The notes beneath the pieces were generated by a model. That model made no database searches. It was not told the origin of the DNA and worked only from the letters and a program-made list of their open reading frames with translations. 64,000 bases of DNA from Dictyostelium discoideum (lineage: Eukaryota): assembly GCA_000004695.1 (NCBI GenBank), contig CM000150.2, forward strand, positions 512,001-576,000. The letters run 5' to 3'. Positions 47,492 through 64,000 of the stretch are shown one piece after another. Numbering within the stretch: position 1 is the stretch's first letter; each line of letters begins with the position of its first letter. The position numbers were made by a program, and so were the translations under genes.

Positions 47492-49036
47492 ATGAGTTCT
47501 CAACAAACAGATAATAACCCAATACCGACAACCACTACAAATAATAATACTAATAATGATAATGATATAGCATCCACCAATAACAATACCAATAATGATG
47601 ATGATTCAACCACCACAAATACATCAACAAACAAACCAAGAAAAAGGTTTGTTATTCCTTCAGCAAGTCAGGCATTAAAAAAAAGTGATCTTTCCATGGT
47701 AGAAATAAATTCAAAATTAAAACAAGCTGAAGAAAATGCAAAACAGGCTGAAGATTTACAAAAATCAAATGCTATCATTTTAACACCAAAATCAACGACA
47801 ACAATGACAACGACAACAACACCTGTACAACAAAGAATGCCAATACCATCAATTCTAGCAAAAAGAAATGTAAATACAACAACAACAACATCAACATCAC
47901 CACTATCAACGTCACCTCCAATATCATCACCATTACAAACACCATACTATTCACCATCATTTGTAAAGAATCCAACATCACCAGCACCAATTAATAAACC
48001 AATTGGACCTTCATTACCAATGAGACCATCATTACCAAAGAAACCAGCAGCCTATTCAACTACATTATCAACATATTCATCATCATCATCATCATATTCA
48101 TCATCAACAACTACACAAAATTATCAACATATTGATAAAATTTATGCAAATTCAAAACAAAGGGGTAGTTTAATGATGAATTCATTCTCAAAGAATATAA
48201 TAATTGAATATAGTGAATTGCAATACCCAGATTTCATATTGAATTCAAATACATTGGTATTCTATTTACCATCATTAAAAACCCATCGTGATAATCCAAA
48301 TTTAATTCAAGATCGTATTAAAGGTTTATCAACACTAATGACCAATAGTGACTCATTCACTTTACGTATACTATTGGTATTTGCTGATTTAAGTGATTCT
48401 GATAATTGTGAACAATTTATAAATGAATTAAATTTAATTGCAATTAAATTACAATTTACATTGATTGTATGTTGGAGTCAAATTGAGGCTGCTAAATATT
48501 TAGAAGCTTATAAAACATTTAATAATCGTGCACCTGACCCAATTAAAGCTCGTGCTCAACCCATTGAATTAGGTGGTAAATCAAAGAATGAGCAAGTCCT
48601 AACTTCAATTAAATCTGTAAATAAAACTGATGCTACAACACTTTTGAAAAATTTTCAAACAATGCAACAAATTTTCACTTGTCAAAAAACTACACTTTCA
48701 AAATTACCTGGTTTTGGTCCTGTAAAAGTTCAAAAGTTTTATAATACAATTAATCAACCTTTTAAAACTAAACCTTCAACAAAAACAACAACAACAACAA
48801 CAACAACAACTACCACTACCACCTCGGCAAATATATCCTCAAATAATAATAATAATAATATTAATACTAATGATGGTAATAATAATAATAATACAATTAA
48901 TAATATTAATTTTAATAATGATGAGAATGAAGTGGATCAAGATCCTCTCAATTTTTCATTTGACTTTGGTGGTAATGGTAATGGTGATGGTGATAGTGAT
49001 GGTGATGGTGAAAGTGAAAATCAAATAAATACTTAA
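47492..49036 (+). CDS. ercc1: DNA excision repair protein ERCC1 homolog, 514 aa, with a long Thr/Asn/Ser-rich N-terminal extension.
   Basis: Conserved central and C-terminal domains: LVFYLPSLKTHRDNPNLIQDRIKGLS...LRILLVFADLSDSD...LIVCWSQIEAAKYLEAYKTF...VLTSIKSVNKTDATTLLKNFQTMQQIF...LSKLPGFGPVKVQKFYNTINQPF (human ...[33 protein letters not shown]...[21 protein letters not shown]). ATG at 47492. Confidence 0.85.
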   Translation: MSSQQTDNNPIPTTTTNNNTNNDNDIASTNNNTNNDDDSTTTNTSTNKPRKRFVIPSASQALKKSDLSMVEINSKLKQAEENAKQAEDLQKSNAIILTPKSTTTMTTTTTPVQQRMPIPSILAKRNVNTTTTTSTSPLSTSPPISSPLQTPYYSPSFVKNPTSPAPINKPIGPSLPMRPSLPKKPAAYSTTLSTYSSSSSSYSSSTTTQNYQHIDKIYANSKQRGSLMMNSFSKNIIIEYSELQYPDFILNSNTLVFYLPSLKTHRDNPNLIQDRIKGLSTLMTNSDSFTLRILLVFADLSDSDNCEQFINELNLIAIKLQFTLIVCWSQIEAAKYLEAYKTFNNRAPDPIKARAQPIELGGKSKNEQVLTSIKSVNKTDATTLLKNFQTMQQIFTCQKTTLSKLPGFGPVKVQKFYNTINQPFKTKPSTKTTTTTTTTTTTTTSANISSNNNNNNINTNDGNNNNNTINNINFNNDENEVDQDPLNFSFDFGGNGNGDGDSDGDGESENQINT

Positions 49037-49515
49037 AGTTCATCAAAAAAAATAAAAAATAAAACAAAAAGTAAAAAGGTTTATTGATTAGAGATTTACA
49101 ATTTAATTTTAATTTTTAATGATTAGTCATTTAAAATATAAAATTGTTTTATTTATTTTGGATTTTAAAAAAAAAAAATATATATAGTTTAATTTCCATT
49201 GTGGAAACTTTTTTTTTATAGTTTGCAAGAAAAAAAAAAAAAAAAAAAATATTAATATGAAATCCATGACCAATTTAAAACCAACATTAAAAATTAAAAA
49301 TAAACCAACTTACAATATCATTTTATAATTTATTTTAATTTTTTTTTTTTTCCAAAAAATAATCTCGAACTCTTTCAAAGAAAAATTAAAAATATCCTTT
49401 TTTTTTTTTTTTTTTTTTTTTTGATCACTTTTTTTTTCTATTTTTATTTTTTTTTTTTTTTTATTTTTTTTTTTTAAAAATTTTATAAAAATATATATAT
49501 TTATATATTTAAAAA

Positions 49516-52086
49516 ATGAAATATTATAATAAACATTTAAATATATTTATCATTTTATTAATATTTTTTATAAATGGTATTAAATCTCAAGTATTTAAAG
49601 GAAATCAAAAAGAAAGTTTAAATGACCTATTTACCCAATTATATGGAAATCCAATGGGTAATCTTCAATGTTTTCCAAACAATATACAAGTGAAATGCAT
49701 TTGGGATGATAATGGTTTAGCATCTGTTTCCGAAATAAATCTTTCAACTTTAGGTGGTATTCCTATGTTAACTGTTGATTTTTCAGTTTTTGAGGATTTG
49801 GTTGATTTCAAAACGACTGACCATTTTTCATTCTCACCAAATATTTTTACAAGACTTCCAAATTTTAAAAGCCCAGCAACAATGTATGTATTTATTATTT
49901 TTATATAATAAATAATTTTTTTTAAAACAAAAATAAAATTATTAATCTATTATTATTATTTAAAAAAGGAAATTTCAAAATTTTAAGGATGTTATCCCTG
50001 AAAATATTATTTTACCATTGAATTTAAAGAATGTTGTATTTGAAAATATTAATGTTTCATTACCAAATGCATTCCTTACAACAGGATCTATTGAAAATTT
50101 AATAATCTCTTCAACAGGCAAAGGTTTTACATTTCCCAAGCCATTCCCAATAAATTATTATTTAAGAAATCTAACAGTTGTTATTAATGAAATTGGTAAT
50201 ACTTTTCCAAGCGATATGGGCTTTGCATTAAAAAATCTTAATGATTTAACTTTATCATTTCAAAATACTGGAACAACAAATATCAAATTTCCAAAAATTG
50301 TAAATTTTACACAATTATCAAGTTTAATTATTAATTTTCAATATGAAAATGAAACAAATCAATTATTTGATTTTGATCCCTCAATAAACAATATTGATAC
50401 GTTAACATTTTTAGAAATTTCAGGTTATGGTATTAAATCTGATAAAATTATTGATATTTCAAATTTAAAAGAAGGTATTACTTTGTATGTATTCTATTAA
50501 ATTTTATATAAAAAAAGACAATTATTGCATACTTATAATTTAAAAAAAAAAAAAAAAAGGAAATTTTCAGATATAATAGAATATCTTAAAAATTTAAAAT
50601 TTCCACAAGGTTGCTCAATGTAAGGAATTGATTATTATTATTATTATTATTATTATTGTTTTTTTTTTATTTATAAAATCAATTAAATAATAAATCTAAT
50701 AACTACATTTTTATTTATGATATTTTAAAATTTAGATTTTTAAATTCATTTTATATGTCTATTGGTGATATTGATTTTACAAATGCCACATCATTAACAG
50801 TTACACTTTCAAGGTTTAATCAAAGTTTACCACCATTTTCAAATTTTAATTCTAAAAAATTAATAACATTAAATTTAAATGGTAATACTTTTAATGGATC
50901 AATTCCAAATGAATATTGTTATTTTGGAAAATATGTTTTAAATCTTGGTAACAATGTTTTAAGTGGAAATGTACCAGATTGCTTTTTATGTTATGGAGGA
51001 GCCGATTTCCCAAATCTTTTCCCAAATTCAGATTTTCTTAATTTCTACCCATCCAAACCTGCAATAAGATGCGAAGATTACCTAATGGATCTATCCCCTC
51101 TTAGTACTCCTTTTAGCACTAATCAAACCACTGTTTTAACAATCCCAAGTGAAAAAATTGGTTGGGATATTATTCTTTCAGCCACTATACCTGATGTTAT
51201 TGCAGAAATTGTCGTACCAAATAAGGAATTCACAATATCAATTCCACCAGCTGCAGGTAGGGTTAGTGGATTATTATTTTATGGCTATCAAGCACAAATG
51301 GTTAGAAGTTTTACATTTTCTTATGTATCTCCAATAATTGATTCTTATTATATTAATGGTCCAAATATCTATTTCAAAGGCTCAAATTTTAGTTTTAATC
51401 CAAACTTTATAAATAAATTTACTATTAATGGAAATCCATATACAGCAAATACTCAAACTTTGGAAGATGTTCATGGAATTACATTTCCAAGTGAAAACAA
51501 CCCTGTTTCAGTTTTAAAAAATAGAGAGCCATTTAATGTTTCAATTACTATCCATATTAATAAATCCCCAATTGTAACATTTATTTACTTTGGTAATATT
51601 ACTCTAACAAATAGTTCTCAATTTATTTTTAATACCACTGGTGGAGATATTACATTAGATGGTGAGTTTGGTATTGAAACAACTGATTTTTCAAAAGCAA
51701 TTATTGAAATTAATAATATTCAAGTTACTATTAATCAAATATCTGAAACTCAAATTAATTTTACATATCCTTCAATTGCTAATGTTGATGGTACTTATCC
51801 TGTTTTTATTGAAATTGATGGATTTAAATACACAACTGAATTTGAATTCATTGGTGCACCAACTTTACCTCCAACTCAAACACCATCTAAAACACCCACT
51901 GAAACACCATCTGAAACACCTACTGAAACACAAACCCTTTCACCAACACCAACTCAAACACAAACCAATTCTCCAACACCAACTCCAAAACCATCAGAAA
52001 GTAATGAACTATCTTGTTCTCCAAACTTATCAAATTCTTTCGTTCTATTAATTTCATTAATTTTTGCATTCTTTTTAATTATTTAA
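49516..52086 (+). CDS. Secreted, GPI-anchored-type surface glycoprotein with a leucine-rich-repeat region, an IPT-like beta domain and a Thr/Pro-rich stalk, about 764 aa, four exons: join(49516..49883, 49969..50484, 50560..50619, 50736..52086).
   Basis: Signal peptide MKYYNKHLNIFIILLIFFINGIKSQ. Plant-type LRRs (LITLNLNGNTFNGSIPNEYCYF..LNLGNNVLSGNVPDCF). Stalk PTLPPTQTPSKTPTETPSETPTETQTLSPTPTQTQTNSPTPTPKPS, followed by the C-terminal hydrophobic segment FVLLISLIFAFFLII with no cytoplasmic tail. GTATGT/GTAAGG donors and A-rich...AG acceptors give consistent phases (2, 2, 2). Confidence 0.6.
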
Positions 52087-52276
52087 AAAAAAAAAAAAAA
52101 AAAACTTTAAAATTTATTTATTATACTTAAAGTAAATAAATAAAACTTTGAAATATTATACAATTTTTTTTTTTTTTTTTTTTAATTATTTTAAATTGTT
52201 TTTTTTTCAAAACAATAAAAAAAAAAAGGTAGAGAAAAGATATTAATTTATTAAATTTTTTCGATGATTATTGGAT

Positions 52277-59070
<6,794 letters not shown>

Positions 59071-59729
59071 TATATTGTGTATATTCGTGTGTATATATAT
59101 GTGTGGGTGTATATGTGTGTGTATGTTGTAGGTATTGATTTTTTTTGGCTCTATTGATTTTAATAAAAAGTTGGATATTTTATTTAAAACAATTGATTTT
59201 TTATAATTATTATTATTATTATTTTTATTATTATTTTTTTATTACAATTTTATTTTTTTTTTGGTAAGTTAAAATATTTGTGTATAATCTATATGTAATA
59301 TATCTAGATTAAGTCTTTTTTTTAAATTTTATTGTTAGTGGTTATTTTATTTTTGAAAAAAAAAAAAAAAAATTGATATTTGTGAAATTTGATAGGGGTT
59401 ATATTTTTTAAAAAAAAAAATTTTATAAAAATTTTAACACTGTTTTTTTTACAATCAACCAATCAAATTTTAGATAATAAAAAATTTTGTAAAATAGACA
59501 CCAAAAAATAAAAAAAAAAATAAAATAAAATGAAAAAAAAAAAAAAATAAAAAAATTTGGGTTGGTTGGATTTGTTATTTTTATGATTTTGATTTAGTGA
59601 GCGAAAACGAAATGGTAAATAAAATAAAATAAAAAGATTGTTTCGGAGATTGATTGTTAACAATATACTCTTTAACATCAAAAATCCTTTTTACTATTGG
59701 TGAAAATTTTAGAAAAATAAAAAGAGAAA

Positions 59730-59762
<33 letters not shown>

Positions 59763-60669
59763 AGTACCTACAGCTTTTGTTCATTGTCTTAAGGTCAAAT
59801 TTTAAAAAAAAAAAAAAAAAAAAAAATTTCAAGAAAAAAAAAAAAAAATTGAAATATTGTGGAAAAAAAAAAAAAAGTAAAAAAGGTGTTACTGTTTTTG
59901 TGGTTAATTTTGTGGAAATGAATTGATTAATATTTTTCCAAAAATTAAAAAAAAAAAAAAAAAATGTTTATTTTTTGTGGTTTTTAAAGGTTTTAAAAAA
60001 AAAAAAAAAAAAGAGGAAAAAAAAAAAAAAAAAAGAATAAAAATAAAAATAAATAAAAAGTGGGTTGTGATTGTTTTTTGTCAAAAAAAAAAAATAAAAA
60101 ATAAAAAATATTTATATTATATTTTGTAGTGTGAAAGTGTTTGGGTTAAAGAGAAAAAAAAAAAAATTAAAAAAATAAATTTATCTTGGTATTTGATTTT
60201 TAAAAAAAAAAAAATAATAATAATAATAATAATAATAAAAATAAAAAATATATACAAATAAATGTTGTTATTGTGTTGTGGAGTGGGTGTGTGTGTATGT
60301 GTGATTTTAATATAAAAACATAAAATCTAAGTTGGGTGTGGTGGGTGTGTTTATTTTTGAAATAGATATTGTTGAGAATTGTTGATAAAAAATTTTATAT
60401 CACACTCTTAAAAAAAAATAAAAAAAAAGCATACCTGTTTTTGTCCGTTGAAAATGTGAGTGTGGGTCACACTACAAATTTTGAAATTCTTTTTGTTTTT
60501 GGTTTTTCCTATTTAGATCTAAATCTTTTTTAATTATATAGTAAAAAAAAAAATAAAATAAAAAAAAAAAATAAATAAAAAAAAATAAATAAATAAAATT
60601 TAATAAATAAATAAAAACATAAAAGCGTTTTAAATTAATTTAAAACTAAAATTAAAAAAAGATTGATTG

Positions 60670-60722
<53 letters not shown>

Positions 60723-61020
60723 GTTCTGTTTTTCGTTGTGGTGAAAAAAAAAAAAAATTGAAAAAAAAAATAAAAAAATAAAAACTTAAAAAAAAAATAA
60801 AAAAAAATAAAAAAGAATATAGTTTTGTAAAAACTAAAAAAAAGAGTAACTTTTTTTTTTTTTTTTTTTTTTCTTTTTTACTGGCTACTTTTTTTTTTGA
60901 TCAAAAAGAGTAAAAATAAATAAAAAAAAAAAATAATAATAATAATTATAGTAATAAAATTAAGATGTGCAGTTCATTACATACTTGGAGGTTTGTGAAT
61001 CTATTTTTTTTTTTTTTTGT

Positions 61021-61052
<32 letters not shown>

Positions 61053-61340
61053 GTTAAAAGCAACTTTTTTTTTTTTAATATTTGCAACATTTCATAGCCT
61101 GATCGCGTGATTGATTAAAGATCTTTAAAGCTCATTTGTGGGAAAAAAAAAAAAAATATCTTAATTTTTTTTTTTTTTATTTTTTTTTTTTTTTTTCCAA
61201 ATTTAAGATCCCTAAAAATAAATATTTTTTTTCATTTTTTTTAAATTTACATTTTCTATAAATAAATATATTTTTTTTATTTTTTTTTATTTTATTATTT
61301 GGTTTTTTTTTTTTTATTTTATTATTTTATTTTATTATTT

Positions 61341-64000
61341 TTAATTTTCATTATCTGAGGAATCAGAAGATAGTTCTAATTCTTCAACACCTTCTTTATT
61401 TGTAGTTTGGAAACGATTTTGAAGTGATTTATAAAGTCCATCAGCAATGAATGAGAGTTCTTTTGGTTGACAATCAGTATCAGGTGAAGAGGAGGAGGAA
61501 GAAGAAGGAACAGTTGGTTTATTTTCATTTAAATTTAAAGGAGATGAAACCATTGAATCACCAACAGTTGTTGCTTGTCTATGATTACCAACAATGTTAG
61601 CCAATGAAGTTGGAACTTGTAATGATGGAACGGTAGAACCATCTTTGATGGAACCATTTGAAATGGATTGTTTGAGTTGTTCATATTTCTCTGCAAATTC
61701 TTGCATTTCACTTGCCAATTCCAATTCTCTCTTCTTAAAGAGTTGTTCAGCATTTTTGAAGGCGGCTTCTTGAGTTTTTTGTTTGGAGAGGAGGTCATTG
61801 ATTTTCTTGTTGAGTTGAGTTTGAATTGTGAGTGTTTTTTGTTTCTCTTGTTCGAGTTCATTCTTTGATTTGGATTCTTCACTTGTGGATTTCTTATTCT
61901 TTTCAACCTCTTTATTTTTGATATCTTTAAACATTTGACATTCACCATTGAGATTGACTAAACGACGTTCGAGGTCGGCGACGGTTTCACGTGACCATTC
62001 CAAATCCTTTTGGACGTCTTGAATTTCATCAACTTTGATTTGAACTTGTTGACGGAGTACATCTCTTTCTCTCTCGAGATCACCAAATTGTCTTTCGACA
62101 CGTTTCTTTTCTGATTGCATTTCCACCATTTTCTTTTCAGCTTTCTCTTGGAGTACAACGGCTTCTTTACGTTCGAGGGTGGCTTTTTGCATTGAGAGTG
62201 CCAAGAGTTCCTTATCACGAGTGAGACTTGAAATGTCGTCTTGTAATTGAGTGACCAATACGGCTTGTGATGCTTGAAGTGATTTAACATTCTCTTCAGT
62301 GTCTTCTTTCTCGCTTGTGGCTCTCAATACCTCCTCTTTGATGATTGCTTTCTCCTTTTCCAATTGAGCAATCATTGCGGTGAAATTTTGTTCAGATTCA
62401 ACTGCTGCACTTTTAGCTGTTGAAAGTTTAAGTTTAAATTCTTGAACGTCATTGGTTGACTCTTCCAATTGTTGTTCGAGTTGTTCTTTCTCTGCTTTGC
62501 AAACGTTGTAATTTGATTGTAACTCTTCATGTTGTGCCTTAAGACTTGAGAGTAAATGACAAACTTCATCGACTTTACCTCTGAGTGATTTAAGTTGAAC
62601 CGATTGTGATTCAATCTCTTGGTTACATGATGATAAACGACCTTCATATTGTTCATTTTGTTGACTTGTTGATTCACGTTCTTCGTCGATCACTTGATTC
62701 AAACGTTTAATTTCCTCACGTAAACGTTCAATCTCTGCTACATGACTTGCTGAAACTTGATTACCACCATCGATATCATTATTTAATTTTTGAATGTGTG
62801 CTTGATATCCTTGACATTTCTCCTCTAAATCATTGATAATAGTACGTGCTGTCATTGGATCTAATTGACCTGGTGAAACCTGAGTCCAACCATGCATTGG
62901 TATAACAGTGTGACGATGAACGTATGGTGGTATTAAATCATTGAATACAATCTTTAAATCCCATTTCTTAAATTTAAATCCTAAACCATAATGTTTGAAA
63001 CATGCACCTCCAAATAAAACAAACTCAACCAATGGATTATCATCAATCGTCATTGCTGAAAATCTATCTGGTTCTTCAACTCTATATTTTTTACAAATGT
63101 TTACAATACTTTGTTTAATAGTTTGATTTGAATCAACCTTAACACTTTGTTTCTTTAATCCATTAAATTGTTCTAATGGTGGTAATTCAAATACAACTAT
63201 AAATTCTGTACCAATTGATTCAATTGGTTGATCTATTTATTAATTAATTAATTTATTAGTATTTTAAAAATTAGTTTAATTATATTTAAAAAAAAAAAAT
63301 AAAAATAAAAAAAAACTTACATCTATATGGTGATTTTGATAAAATATCTTCCTTTAAAATTAATCTTAATTCCCAAGATTCAAAGAGTGAACTAAGACCA
63401 TATGATGCTAAAGTTTCATGATCATTCATAATGAAACCTTGTATTGAACCAATCCAAAATCTCTTTGGATCTGGAATCATTTGTTTCTTACAAATGAGAC
63501 CAATGGTTTGTTGAATTGTAAATTTCTTATTTATTTTATATGATTTCTTTTTAATATCACCAAATTCTGGAATACCTGGTAAATGGAATGTAATAACATT
63601 TGGTGGTGATTCAGCTAAAAAATTAAATAAAATAAAATAAAAAAAATAAAAAATTAATATTTCTCAAAAATAAAAATAATATTAAAAAACAACCAATAAT
63701 AATAATAATTACTCTTATTTAATTGACTTTTAAATTGATATAAAATTGAGAATAACATATGATCACCTTCCCATATTTCTTTTTCAGATAATTTATGTTC
63801 TGCTAATAATCTGAATAATGATGGAATTTTTTGTTTGTTTTGCTATACAATGTGTCGAAAATAAATTTGGTTAGATATTTTTTGGAAAAATAAAAAAAAA
63901 AAAAAAAATTTATTTTTAGGAAAATTTAATAATTGAAAAATGAATGTGATGACGTAAAAAAAAAAAAAAAATGAAATAAAATGAAAAAAAAAAAAAGCGA
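61341..64000 (-). CDS. 3' portion of a gene (5' end beyond the window) encoding tandem ubiquitin-like/Ras-binding-domain-like folds followed by a roughly 450-aa coiled coil and an acidic Ser/Asp tail. Exons seen: complement(join(61341..63232, 63321..63614, 63713..63842, ...)).
   Basis: UBL/RBD-like modules ITFHLPGIPEFGDIKKKSYKINKKFTIQQTIGLICKKQMIPDPKRFWIGSIQGFIMNDHETLASYGLSSLFESWELRLILKED and FIVVFELPPLEQFNGLKKQSVKVDSNQTIKQSIVNICKKYRVEEPDRFSAMTIDDNPLVEF. Long heptad-rich stretch (EIERLREEIKRLNQVIDEERES...). GTAAGT/GTAATT donors and AG acceptors with consistent phases. Upstream acceptor 'tgtatag' at 63843-44, then intron. Confidence 0.55.

Noticed and set aside
59071-61340. 2.3-kb gene-free interval with G/T-rich islands (59090-59140, 60270-60330, 60450-60480) between two minus-strand genes. 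Considered as a possible transposon remnant.
   Set aside because: It has no ORF with RT, integrase or gag signatures, and I could not find terminal repeats. It is most likely an ordinary 3'/5' intergenic region. Ruling out a repeat-library match would need a database search.

Overview
This 64-kb window looks like nuclear genomic DNA of a social amoeba (Dictyostelium discoideum-type). It is extremely A+T-rich with long poly(A)/poly(T) tracts between genes, poly-Asn/poly-Gln codon repeats inside genes, and short AT-rich introns with GTAAGT/GTATGT donors and (T)nAG acceptors. It is gene-dense euchromatin with about 27 protein-coding loci on both strands. I found no rRNA or tRNA genes, no CRISPR array, no recognisable transposon, and no prokaryotic-style defence system.

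The following genes are well supported by protein motifs read directly from the sequence:
- L-2-hydroxyglutarate dehydrogenase
- glycogen synthase (4 exons)
- cullin-3 (8-exon model)
- ERCC1
- RNA polymerase II subunit RPB9 (3 exons)
- NDUFA8, a protein with four Cx9C motifs (3 exons)
- NOP16 (2 exons)
- an Hsp20/alpha-crystallin small heat-shock protein (2 exons)
- a ThiF-family tRNA t6A dehydratase with an N-terminal membrane anchor
- a Nudix hydrolase with a prion-like N/Q-rich N-terminus
- a 2229-aa kinase carrying both an RGS domain and a TKL-type kinase domain
- a RasGEF (RasGEF-N plus CDC25 domains)

The unusual material is:
1. A recent tandem duplication, about 97-98% identical at nucleotide level, of an IPT/TIG-rich type-I membrane glycoprotein gene. 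The family is tgr/'tiger'-like. The two copies carry different cytoplasmic tails, and a third, frameshifted 3' fragment of the same family sits 38 kb away.
2. A RasGEF whose N-terminal half is a six-helix, voltage-sensor/ion-transport-like transmembrane module.
3. A 1013-aa protein built from three tandem GNAT-like modules, of which only the first keeps an acetyl-CoA-binding motif.
4. A tandem pair of F-box/LRR-like paralogs.

Exon boundaries were derived by hand from reading frame and splice consensus. They should be treated as models accurate to a few bases.
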